A DNA stretch of 64,000 nt, from positions 67,231-131,230 of the forward strand of contig JAYOEU010000002.1 in NCBI GenBank assembly GCA_038116915.1, given 5' to 3'. The notes beneath the pieces are model-generated. The model was not told where the DNA came from and made no database searches. It saw only the letters and a list, made by a program, of their open reading frames with translations. Positions within the stretch are counted from its first letter, which is position 1. Each line of letters starts with the position of its first letter. The position numbers were made by a program, and so were the translations under genes. This document shows positions 19,055 through 27,781 of the stretch, piece by piece. The DNA comes from Alphaproteobacteria bacterium (GTDB lineage: Bacteria > Pseudomonadota > Alphaproteobacteria > Thalassobaculales > Thalassobaculaceae).

Positions 19055-19764
19055 TGGCGTTGCTCGAAGTCAACAATCTCGTCGCCTCCTACGGTCCGAT
19101 CCGGGCCCTGCACGGCATCAGCTTCTCGCTGGAAGAAGGCAGTGTGACCACCATTCTCGGGGCCAACGGCGCCGGCAAGACGACCACGCTGCGGTCCATC
19201 TGCGGGATGGTTTCGACGGAAGGGGCGATTACCCTCGGGGGCGCCGATATCTCCCGGGTGCCGACGGAACAGATCGTCCGCCAGGGGGTGGCCCATGTGC
19301 CGGAAGGGCGCGGGACCTTCACCCGGGTGACCACTGAGGAAAACCTGATGCTCGGCAGCTATGCGCGCCGGGACCGTCAGGCGATCAAGGACGATATCGA
19401 ACAGGTCTACAGCTATTTCCCGCGCCTCAAGGAGCGCCGGGATCAGCAGGCCGGCACCCTGTCCGGCGGCGAACAGCAGATGCTGGCGGTCGGGCGCGCG
19501 CTGATGCTGCGTCCGAAACTGATGCTTCTGGATGAGCCGTCCTTTGGCCTGGCGCCGCTGATCGTCGAGGAGCTTTTCGGCATCTTGCGCCGGATCAACC
19601 AGCAGCAGAAGGTCAGCATGCTTCTAGTCGAGCAGAATGCCACCCTGGCACTGGATCTCGCGGATCATGCATATCTCCTGGAAACCGGTCGGGTGGTGCT
19701 GTCCGGAACCTCCAAGGAGATCGCCTCGGACGAGACCGTCCGCAAATCCTATCTCGGTTACTAG
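19054..19764 (+). CDS. HAAT-family (LivF-like) ABC transporter ATP-binding protein
   Basis: Contains GANGAGKTT, LSGGEQQMLAVGRAL and LMLLDEPSFGLAP. ATGA-type overlap with the upstream gene. Confidence 0.9.
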   Translation: MALLEVNNLVASYGPIRALHGISFSLEEGSVTTILGANGAGKTTTLRSICGMVSTEGAITLGGADISRVPTEQIVRQGVAHVPEGRGTFTRVTTEENLMLGSYARRDRQAIKDDIEQVYSYFPRLKERRDQQAGTLSGGEQQMLAVGRALMLRPKLMLLDEPSFGLAPLIVEELFGILRRINQQQKVSMLLVEQNATLALDLADHAYLLETGRVVLSGTSKEIASDETVRKSYLGY

Positions 19765-19786
19765 TCGCGGGGTACGAGGAAACAAA

Positions 19787-20659
19787 ATGGACCTTTTCCT
19801 GCAACAGACCCTGGACGGATTGGCCACCGGCGCGATCTACGCCTCGCTCGCCCTGGCGGTGGTGATGATCTATCAGGCCATCGACCACTTCAATTTCGCC
19901 CAGGGCGAGATGGCGATGTTCTCCACCTTCATCGCGTGGCAACTGATCGCCTGGGGAGCACCCTATTGGCTCGCGTTCGTGATCTGTCTGATCGTCTCCT
20001 TCATAGGCGGCATGCTGATCGAGCGTATCGTCTTCGCGCCAATCCACAATGCGCCGGTGTTGAGCCACATCGTGGTCTTCATCGCGCTGACACTGATCTT
20101 CAACGCGTTTGCCGGATTCATTTGGGAATTCACGATCAAGCAGTTCCCGAGCCCGTTCCCGAGTGAGCTTCCCTTTGAGACCACCCTGATAGGTCCGCAC
20201 GAGCTCGGCGTCGTCGGGATAACCTTGGTGATGCTTGTGCTGATTTACGTCTTCTTCCGCTTCACCCCGGTCGGCCTCGCGATGCGCGCGGCGGCGGCGA
20301 ACCCGGTCTCCGCGGCCCTGGTCGGGATCAGCGTGAAGAAGATGCTCGCATTGGGCTGGGGTCTTGCCGCCACGGTCGGCGCGGTCGCGGGCATGATGAT
20401 CGCTCCAAAAGTCTATCTCGAGCCGAACATGATGCTTGGCGTCCTGCTCTATGGCTTCGCCGGCGCGGTTGTCGGCGGACTGACCAGCCCCGCCGGCGCG
20501 GTTGTCGGTGGTTTTCTGATGGGAGTGCTGGAGAACCTCGCCGGCACATACATTATCGGCAGCGATCTGAAGCTCACCTTCGCGCTGGTGGTCATTGTCG
20601 CCGTGTTGTTGTTCAAGCCGGCCGGGCTGTTCGGCCGTGTCGTGGTGCAGAGGGTCTAG
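19787..20659 (+). CDS. HAAT-family (LivH-like) ABC transporter permease
   Basis: Track ORF 19637..20659 trimmed to MDLFLQQTLDGLATGAIYASLALAVVMIY. 290 aa, multi-TM. Confidence 0.9.
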   Translation: MDLFLQQTLDGLATGAIYASLALAVVMIYQAIDHFNFAQGEMAMFSTFIAWQLIAWGAPYWLAFVICLIVSFIGGMLIERIVFAPIHNAPVLSHIVVFIALTLIFNAFAGFIWEFTIKQFPSPFPSELPFETTLIGPHELGVVGITLVMLVLIYVFFRFTPVGLAMRAAAANPVSAALVGISVKKMLALGWGLAATVGAVAGMMIAPKVYLEPNMMLGVLLYGFAGAVVGGLTSPAGAVVGGFLMGVLENLAGTYIIGSDLKLTFALVVIVAVLLFKPAGLFGRVVVQRV

Positions 20660-20662
20660 TCC

Positions 20663-21709
20663 GTGGATAACGTCAGGAATCACCGGTCGAACCCGGCGGA
20701 AAAGTTTGAGCTGTTCGGTGTTCAACTGCCGAAACTCCGGATGATGCTTCTGCTCATCGGCATTGCTTTGGCCTTGTTCCTGCCTCTCGTGGTCGCCAAC
20801 TTCGCCGTCTTCCAGATGACCCAGGTGCTGGTCTACGCCATTGCGGTGCTCGGCCTCAATCTGCTGACCGGATACAACGGCCAGTTCTCGCTCGGCCACA
20901 GCGCCTTCTATGCGCTTGGTGCCTATACGGCGGCGATCATGATCGACCGCTACGAGATCGCGTATTATTGGACGATCATTCCGGCGGGGCTCATCTGCTT
21001 TGTCGGCGGGTTCTTGTTCGGTTTGCCGGCCCTGCGCCTTGAAGGCCTGTATCTCGCGCTCGCGACCTTCGCGCTTGCCGTGGCAATGCCGCAGCTTCTG
21101 CGCTACGAGCATTTCGAAGCCTTTACCGGCGGAGTGCAAGGCATCGACGTGTTCAAGCCCGACTCGCCCATCCCGGGATTGAGCGCGGATCGATGGCTTT
21201 ACTATTTCGTGCTGTTCTGGGGCGTGCTGCTGATCATCGGCGCCTGGAATCTGGTGCGGGGGCGGACCGGCCGGGCGATGATCGCGATCCGGGACAATCC
21301 GATCGCGGCGCGCACCATGGGGATCAATACCGCCCTCTACAAGTCCGTGACCTTTGGCGTCAGCGGGCTGTACACCGGCATCGCCGGTGCCTTGGGCGCG
21401 ATGGTCGCCGAATTCGTGGCGCCGGACAGCTTCACCTTCTTCCTGTCGGTCTGGTTCCTTGTCGGCATGGTCGTGGGAGGCCTCGCCTCGATCCCGGCGG
21501 CGATTGCCGGCGGTATCTTCATCCTCTACATGCCAAACATCTCGGAATCGGTCATCGGTGTTTTCTTCGGTAACGATCCGAGCGCCAAGGCGCTAATCTG
21601 GGTAGCGTTCGGCCTGTTCTTGATCTTCACTGTCTATGTCGTGCCGAACGGTTTGGCCGGTCTGGTGCGGCGGTTCGTGATTCGTTACGCCATACGGCGA
21701 GGTGATTAG
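20663..21709 (+). CDS. HAAT-family (LivM-like) ABC transporter permease
   Basis: Contains the signature LNLLTGYNGQFSLGHSAFYALGAY. 348 aa, GTG start. Confidence 0.9.
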   Translation: MDNVRNHRSNPAEKFELFGVQLPKLRMMLLLIGIALALFLPLVVANFAVFQMTQVLVYAIAVLGLNLLTGYNGQFSLGHSAFYALGAYTAAIMIDRYEIAYYWTIIPAGLICFVGGFLFGLPALRLEGLYLALATFALAVAMPQLLRYEHFEAFTGGVQGIDVFKPDSPIPGLSADRWLYYFVLFWGVLLIIGAWNLVRGRTGRAMIAIRDNPIAARTMGINTALYKSVTFGVSGLYTGIAGALGAMVAEFVAPDSFTFFLSVWFLVGMVVGGLASIPAAIAGGIFILYMPNISESVIGVFFGNDPSAKALIWVAFGLFLIFTVYVVPNGLAGLVRRFVIRYAIRRGD

Positions 21710-21774
21710 ACTCTCCTCTCCCAATGGCGGATACTCAAGTGAGTAGGTGGTTCGAACATACCTGGGAGGAAAAC

Positions 21775-22986
21775 ATGAAAACCACGCGTCTGTGGGCCTC
21801 GGCGGCGGCAGCCACCCTGGTTCTCGGGATTGGGTCGGCCATGGCGGGCAACGCGCCCGGCGTGAGCGACACCGAAATCAAGATCGGCAATACCAACCCG
21901 TATAGTGGCCCGGCCTCGTCCTACGGCACGATCGGCAAGTCGATCGGCGCCTGCTGGAACAAGGTCAATGCCGATGGCGGCATCAACGGGCGCAAGATCA
22001 ACTGGATTTCCTATGACGACGGCTATAGCCCGCCGAAGACCAAGGAACAGGTCCGCAAGTTGGTCGAGAGCGACGAGGTCGCGTTCACCTTCCAGACCCT
22101 GGGCACGCCGACCAACTCGGCGATCCACCAGTACATGAACAAGAAGAAGGTGCCGCATCTATTCGTCGCCACCGGCGCCACCAAGTGGGGCAATCCCAAG
22201 GAATTCCCCTGGACCATAGGCTGGCAGCCCAACTACCAGACCGTTGGCGCGATTTTCGGCAACTACATCCTGCAGAACCATCCGAACGGCAAGGTCGCGA
22301 TCCTGAACCAGAACGATGACTACGGTAAGGACTATGTCATCGGCATGAAGCGGGCGATGGGCGACAAGTTCGACAAGATGGTCGTCAAGACCGAGACCTA
22401 TGAGGTTACCGACCCGACCGTCGACAGCCAGATCGTCAGCCTGGCGAATTCCGGCGCCGATATTTTCGTGAACATCTCGATCCCGAAATTCGCCGCCCAG
22501 GCGATCAAGAAGATGGCCGCGATCGGCTGGAAACCCGTGCACCTGCTGAACGATGTCGCCGCGTCGGTGGCGTCCACCTACAAGCCGGCCGGGATCGAAA
22601 ACGCGATCGGCATCATCTCGGTCGATTTCTACAAGGATCCGAACGATCCGGAATGGAAGAACGACGCCGAGACCGCAGCCTGGAATGACTTCATGGACAA
22701 GTACTATCCGGACGGCGACAAGCTGAACAAGATGAACGCCTATGGCTGGGCCGTGTGCCACACCATGAAGGCGGTGCTCGAGCAGGCCGGCAACGACCTT
22801 TCGCGCGAGAACATCATGAAGCAGGCCGCCAATCTGAAGGAGGTCAAGATCCCCATGCTTCTGCCCGGCATGTTCGTCGACACCAGCCCGACCGACTTCT
22901 ATCCGCTCGAGCAGATGCAGATGATGAAGTTCGACGGCAAGCGGAACGTGCGTTTTGGTCCGCTGATCAGCGCCGAGACCGAATAA
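21775..22986 (+). CDS. ABC transporter substrate-binding protein (LivK / Peripla_BP_6 type)
   Basis: Trimmed to MKTTRLWASAAAATLVLGIGSAMA (signal peptide), preceded by GGGAGGA. IKIGNTNPYSGPASSYG is typical of the family. Confidence 0.9.
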   Translation: MKTTRLWASAAAATLVLGIGSAMAGNAPGVSDTEIKIGNTNPYSGPASSYGTIGKSIGACWNKVNADGGINGRKINWISYDDGYSPPKTKEQVRKLVESDEVAFTFQTLGTPTNSAIHQYMNKKKVPHLFVATGATKWGNPKEFPWTIGWQPNYQTVGAIFGNYILQNHPNGKVAILNQNDDYGKDYVIGMKRAMGDKFDKMVVKTETYEVTDPTVDSQIVSLANSGADIFVNISIPKFAAQAIKKMAAIGWKPVHLLNDVAASVASTYKPAGIENAIGIISVDFYKDPNDPEWKNDAETAAWNDFMDKYYPDGDKLNKMNAYGWAVCHTMKAVLEQAGNDLSRENIMKQAANLKEVKIPMLLPGMFVDTSPTDFYPLEQMQMMKFDGKRNVRFGPLISAETE

Positions 22987-23010
22987 GTCTCGACTGGACG
23001 TAACACCTTT

Positions 23011-23044
23011 AGGGCCGCCGGATTTCCGGCGGCCCTATTTTCTT
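23011..23044 (+). terminator. rho-independent terminator of the second ABC operon
   Basis: AGGGCCGCCGG-atttc-CCGGCGGCCCT followed by ATTTTCTT, 25 nt after the SBP stop codon. Confidence 0.8.
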
Positions 23045-23087
23045 GGCCGTGAATGCTGGTACGCCGCGGCTCACCCTGGAGGTCCCG

Positions 23088-23480
23088 ATGCAAGCGACAC
23101 CGATCGATCCCGCCGATATCGTCAGGCTCAACGTCCCGAACTATACCCATGGCCGCCTGATCGAAGGCGCCAAGGACTGGCTGCTGCTATCCGGACAGGT
23201 GGGCGTGCGGCCCGACGGCACCTGGTCCGGCGAGTTCTCCGATCAGGCCGATCAGGCCTTCAACAACATCAGGGCCTGTCTGCGCGAGGCCGGCATGACC
23301 ATGGACAACGTGGTCTTCACCCGGATCTATCTCACGCGCCGAGGCGATCTGGATAGCTTCCGCGCGGTCCGCAAGGCCCATCTCGGCGAGGACCGGATTC
23401 CCTCGACCCTGCTGTTCATATCCGGGCTCGCGAATCCCGAATGGCTGATCGAAGTTGAAATCGTGGCCTGTAGGGGATAA
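23088..23480 (+). CDS. RidA/YjgF family protein
   Basis: Trimmed to MQATPIDPADIV..., with GGAGG 5 nt upstream. 130 aa with a C-terminal ...EWLIEVEIVA pattern of the family. Confidence 0.75.
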   Translation: MQATPIDPADIVRLNVPNYTHGRLIEGAKDWLLLSGQVGVRPDGTWSGEFSDQADQAFNNIRACLREAGMTMDNVVFTRIYLTRRGDLDSFRAVRKAHLGEDRIPSTLLFISGLANPEWLIEVEIVACRG

Positions 23481-23665
23481 ATACCAGCCAGTTTTCGATT
23501 TCCAGAAATGGGCGTCATGTATTTTTCGGCAACAGTGACTAGCTAGCCGCTTCGGCCTTGCCGGGCCGAGGCGGCGGATCCGAGACGGCCCGGCCCAGCC
23601 GGCGCCGCGAACGGCATTTCCGAGACATTCCCATAGCTAGCCCGTTTCGTCGAGAGGACGACCCC

Positions 23666-25579
23666 ATGCCCAACATTACCCTGCCAGACGGAAGCGTCCG
23701 ACGTTTCGAGGAACCCGTCAGTGGCGCCGAGCTTGCGGCCGATATCGGTCCCGGCCTCGCCAAGGCTGCCATGATGGTTGTCGTCGACGGCGAGGAGCGT
23801 GACCTCGCGCGCCCGATCGAAAACGACGCCAAGGTTGCCATTGTCACCCGCCGCGACGAGGCGGCGCTCGAGCTGATCCGTCATGATACGGCCCATGTGA
23901 TGGCCGAGGCGGTGCTGGAACTTTTTCCCGAGAGCCAGGTGACAATCGGGCCCGCGATCGAGAACGGGTTCTACTATGACTTCTACCGCGAAACGCCGTT
24001 CACTCCGGACGATCTCGCGGTCATCGAACAGCGCATGCATGAGATCGTCGACCGGGACGAGGAGATTGTGCGCGAGGTCTGGACGCGCGATGAAGCGGTC
24101 GAGCACTACAAGAAGGTCAATGAGCCTTTCAAGGTCGAGCTGGTCGAAACCATTCCCGCCGGCGAGTTGATTTCGTTCTACCGCCAAGGCAACTTCCTCG
24201 ATCTTTGCCGCGGCCCGCATCTGCCGTCGACCAAGCATATCGGCCATGCCTTCAAGCTGATGAACCTCGCCGGCGCCTATTGGCGCGGGGATTCCAAACG
24301 GCCGATGCTGCAGCGGATCTACGGCACCGCCTGGGCCGACGACAAACAGCTCAAGGCCTATCTCCACATGCTCGAGGAGGCGGAAAAGCGCGACCACCGC
24401 CGGCTCGGACGCGAGTTGGACCTGTTCCATCTCCAGGAAGAGGCGGTCGGCTCGATCTTCTGGCATCCGAAGGGATGGACGCTTTACCGCGAGATCGAGA
24501 AGCATGTCCGCCGCCGCCTCGAAGCCGGTGGCTATGACGAGGTGAAAACCCCGCAGCTCGTGGACCGCGCGCTTTGGGAGGCGTCGGGTCATTGGGAGAA
24601 GTTCCGCGAGAACATGTTCATCGCTGAAAGCGAGGACGACCGGACCTTTGCGCTCAAGCCGATGAACTGTCCCGGCCATGTCCAGATCTACAAGCAGGGG
24701 ATCAAGAGCTATCGCGATCTGCCGCTACGCATGGCCGAATTCGGATCCTGCCACCGCAACGAGCCGTCCGGCGCCTTGCACGGCATCATGCGGGTCCGCG
24801 CCTTCACCCAGGACGATGCGCACATCTTCTGCGCCGAGAATCAGATTACCTCTGAAAGCATCGTGTTCTGCGATCTCTTGCGCAAGATCTACAAGGATTT
24901 CGGCTTCGAGGACATCCACGTGAAATTCTCCGACCGGCCCGAGACGCGTGCCGGTGATGATGCCACCTGGGACCGGGCCGAGGCGGCGTTGATGGAATCC
25001 TGCAATGCGGCCGGGCTGGAGACGACGCTGAACCCCGGCGAGGGGGCGTTCTATGGTCCGAAGCTCGAGTTCGTTCTGCGCGACGCGATCGGCCGGGATT
25101 GGCAGTGCGGTACCCTGCAGGTCGATTTCGTGTTGCCGGAGCGGCTTGACGCCACGTATGTGGCGGAAGACGGCTCACGCAAGCGGCCGGTCATGCTCCA
25201 CCGCGCCATTCTCGGATCAATGGAGCGATGGATCGGCATTCTGATCGAACAATATTCCGGACGGTTCCCCTTGTGGCTTGCCCCGGTGCAGGGCGTGGTC
25301 GCGACCATCACCAATGATGCCGACGGCTATGCCGACAAGGTGCTTCAGGCCTGCAAGGCGGCGGGGCTGAGGTTCGGCAAGGACGTCCGGAACGAAAAAA
25401 TCAACTACAAGATCCGCGAGCATAGCCAGGCAAAAATCCCGGCAATCCTCGTTGTTGGCGCCCGCGAGGCCGAGGACGGGACAGTTGCGATCCGCCGGCT
25501 CGGCGGCAAGGAGCAAGAAATCCTTGCGCTTGACGAAGCCATTCATAGACTACGTGAGGAAGCGGCTCCTCCGGCATGA
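23666..25579 (+). CDS. thrS: threonine--tRNA ligase
   Basis: Trimmed to [20 protein letters not shown] (TGS domain). Also has [11 protein letters not shown] (editing domain), class II core motifs and a C-terminal anticodon-binding domain. 637 aa. Confidence 0.95.
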   Translation: MPNITLPDGSVRRFEEPVSGAELAADIGPGLAKAAMMVVVDGEERDLARPIENDAKVAIVTRRDEAALELIRHDTAHVMAEAVLELFPESQVTIGPAIENGFYYDFYRETPFTPDDLAVIEQRMHEIVDRDEEIVREVWTRDEAVEHYKKVNEPFKVELVETIPAGELISFYRQGNFLDLCRGPHLPSTKHIGHAFKLMNLAGAYWRGDSKRPMLQRIYGTAWADDKQLKAYLHMLEEAEKRDHRRLGRELDLFHLQEEAVGSIFWHPKGWTLYREIEKHVRRRLEAGGYDEVKTPQLVDRALWEASGHWEKFRENMFIAESEDDRTFALKPMNCPGHVQIYKQGIKSYRDLPLRMAEFGSCHRNEPSGALHGIMRVRAFTQDDAHIFCAENQITSESIVFCDLLRKIYKDFGFEDIHVKFSDRPETRAGDDATWDRAEAALMESCNAAGLETTLNPGEGAFYGPKLEFVLRDAIGRDWQCGTLQVDFVLPERLDATYVAEDGSRKRPVMLHRAILGSMERWIGILIEQYSGRFPLWLAPVQGVVATITNDADGYADKVLQACKAAGLRFGKDVRNEKINYKIREHSQAKIPAILVVGAREAEDGTVAIRRLGGKEQEILALDEAIHRLREEAAPPA

Positions 25580-25628
25580 GGAGCCATGCCCGCGTGACCA
25601 GAACATAAACAGATAATGGAGGCGTTAG

Positions 25629-26165
25629 ATCGCCAGACCACCCTTGAATCATCAGCCGGCCAAGGACGGCCCGCGGGTGAACCGCGATATCACATCGCTT
25701 GAAGTACGCTGCATCGCCCCGGACGGCGAACAGCTCGGAGTCATGAAAATTTCGGCGGCGCTGGCCGAGGCGGAAACCCATGGGCTGGACCTGGTCGAGG
25801 TCTCGCCGAATGCCGATCCGCCGGTCTGCAAAATCCTCGACTACGGCAAGTTCAAATACGAAGCCCAGAAGAAGAAGAACGAGGCCAAGAAGAAGCAGCG
25901 CGTGATCGAGGTCAAGGAGATCAAGCTGCGTCCGAACATCGACGAGCATGACTATCAGGTCAAAATGCGCAACGTGAACAAGTTCCTGAACGAGGGCGAC
26001 AAGGTCAAGGTCACCCTGAGGTTCCGGGGCCGCGAGATGGCGCATCAGGATCTTGGTGTCGCGGTGTTGAACCGGATGAAGGGCGATACCGAGGAAATCG
26101 CCAAGGTCGAGGCCTTCCCCCGGCTTGAGGGCCGCCAGATGATTATGGTGATCGCGCCGAAGTAA
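25629..26165 (+). CDS. infC: translation initiation factor IF-3 (probable ATC start)
   Basis: [26 protein letters not shown]...[25 protein letters not shown] is canonical IF-3. The track begins at TTG 25644, which has no SD. The in-frame ATC at 25629 sits 6 nt after GGAGG (25618-25622) and directly after an in-frame TAG. Confidence 0.85.
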   Translation: MARPPLNHQPAKDGPRVNRDITSLEVRCIAPDGEQLGVMKISAALAEAETHGLDLVEVSPNADPPVCKILDYGKFKYEAQKKKNEAKKKQRVIEVKEIKLRPNIDEHDYQVKMRNVNKFLNEGDKVKVTLRFRGREMAHQDLGVAVLNRMKGDTEEIAKVEAFPRLEGRQMIMVIAPK

Positions 26166-26209
26166 TAGGCGCTGTCCGGATAACCGCCGTCCTTGCGTCG
26201 GAGGAACCT

Positions 26210-27253
26210 GTGACCGAGACGCCCCAGCGGCCGGTGGACCATCCCGATATACCCAGCGAACGGGTCGGCGTGCTGCTGATCAATCTCGGCACGCCGGATG
26301 CGACCGATTTCTGGTCGGTGCGCCGCTATCTCAAGGAATTCCTGTCGGACCCGCGTGTGATTGAGGTCAACCGGGTCTTGTGGTGGGCGATTCTCAATCT
26401 TGTAATCCTGAGTTTCCGTCCCGGCATCGCGGGCAAGGCCTACCGGGCGATCTGGGACGCGGAGACCGACGAGTCGCCATTACGCCGGCACACCCGCGAG
26501 CAGGCCCAAGGACTCGGTATCCGCCTCCGCGCGGGCGGATATGACTTGGATGTCGATTGGGCGATGCGCTACGGCAATCCGTCCATCGCCGAAAAGCTTG
26601 AGGCGATGCGGGCCCGGGGCTGCCGCCGGATCCTTTTGTTCGCGCTTTATCCGCAATACAGCGCCACGACGACCGCGACCGCCTACGACAAGGCTTTTGC
26701 GGCCTTGGCCAAGATGCGCTGGCAACCGGCGGTTCGCACGGTGCCGGCCTATCCGGACGAGCCCGCCTATATCCGGGCGCTTGCCGGCTCAGTTCGCGAT
26801 CATCTTGCTAAACTGGACTGGGAGCCGGAGGTTCTGCTCGCCTCGTTTCATGGATTGCCGAAGCGGTATTTTGATGCCGGAGATCCGTACTACTGCCATT
26901 GCGCCCTGACCACGCGTCTGCTTTGCGAGGAACTCGGATGGCCGCAGGGCAAGGTCAGGCTTGCCTTCCAGTCGCGGTTCGGACGCGAGGAATGGCTGAA
27001 GCCCTATATGCAAGAGGTGGTCGAAAGCCTGCCGGGGCAGGGGAGCAAGCGGATCGCGGTGATTTCTCCGGGCTTCGTTTCCGATTGTGTCGAAACTCTG
27101 GAGGAAGTGGCGATCGGGCTGCGGGAGAGTTTTTCGGAGGCGGGAGGTGAGAGTTTCACCTATATCCCGTGCCTCAATGCCGGCGAAGACGGTCTTGGGG
27201 TCTTTGAGGCATTGGTGTTGCGGGAACTGGGAGGGTGGCTGAAGGAGGATTAG
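26210..27253 (+). CDS. hemH: ferrochelatase
   Basis: 347 aa. Contains VGVLLINLGTPDA, LFALYPQYSATTT and ISPGFVSDCVETLEE motifs. Confidence 0.9.
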   Translation: MTETPQRPVDHPDIPSERVGVLLINLGTPDATDFWSVRRYLKEFLSDPRVIEVNRVLWWAILNLVILSFRPGIAGKAYRAIWDAETDESPLRRHTREQAQGLGIRLRAGGYDLDVDWAMRYGNPSIAEKLEAMRARGCRRILLFALYPQYSATTTATAYDKAFAALAKMRWQPAVRTVPAYPDEPAYIRALAGSVRDHLAKLDWEPEVLLASFHGLPKRYFDAGDPYYCHCALTTRLLCEELGWPQGKVRLAFQSRFGREEWLKPYMQEVVESLPGQGSKRIAVISPGFVSDCVETLEEVAIGLRESFSEAGGESFTYIPCLNAGEDGLGVFEALVLRELGGWLKED

Positions 27254-27361
27254 GCGATCGGACGGAACAGCGGCAGACCGGCACGTGTCGACAGACCCGG
27301 TCGAGGAAAGCGCAGGCAGTCGGGACAACGTTGGCGGTTTGCCGATGCGTGCTGCGTCGTC

Positions 27362-27763
27362 TTGTTCTCCGCGACCGTTCTCCTCTGGATCCCGGAGGCT
27401 GTCTCAAGTCAAATTGAGGATGCGGTCACCGGCACCTGGGGGGTGGTTCAGGCCGATGGCAAGCCCAAATGCGACGGTACGACGGTTCTGGTCTTTCATC
27501 GCGGCAGGTATTTTCGCGTGCTGCCCAATGTGGGATCAACCGGTGGTAACAACCAACTGATTCTCAACCATTCGACCTATGAATTGTCCGGTGATCGTCT
27601 GATCGTCGCCCAGGCCCTGTCCTTCACCAATCCCGAGCCGAAGCGGACCTATCTGCTGCAACGGATTGGTGGGCGGTCGCTGATCCTGCAAGGCAGGGAG
27701 CAGGTGACCTTCAAGCCTTGCCCGCCGGTCGATCCGGCGGGTCTGGATGCGGCGGTGAAGTAA
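27362..27763 (+). CDS. hypothetical small secreted protein
   Basis: Track ORF with a TTG start, a hydrophobic N-terminus (FSATVLLWIPEAV) and a beta-rich body. No family recognised; the start is uncertain. Confidence 0.4.
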   Translation: MFSATVLLWIPEAVSSQIEDAVTGTWGVVQADGKPKCDGTTVLVFHRGRYFRVLPNVGSTGGNNQLILNHSTYELSGDRLIVAQALSFTNPEPKRTYLLQRIGGRSLILQGREQVTFKPCPPVDPAGLDAAVK

Positions 27764-27781
27764 CCGGTGATTGCCAGTCCG

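Noticed and set aside
21749-21757. GGTTCGAAC T-loop-like motifs (also at 47795-47803), considered as possible tRNA genes.
   Set aside because: The surrounding sequence cannot form acceptor, D or anticodon stems. Both motifs sit in short 5' leaders immediately upstream of start codons.
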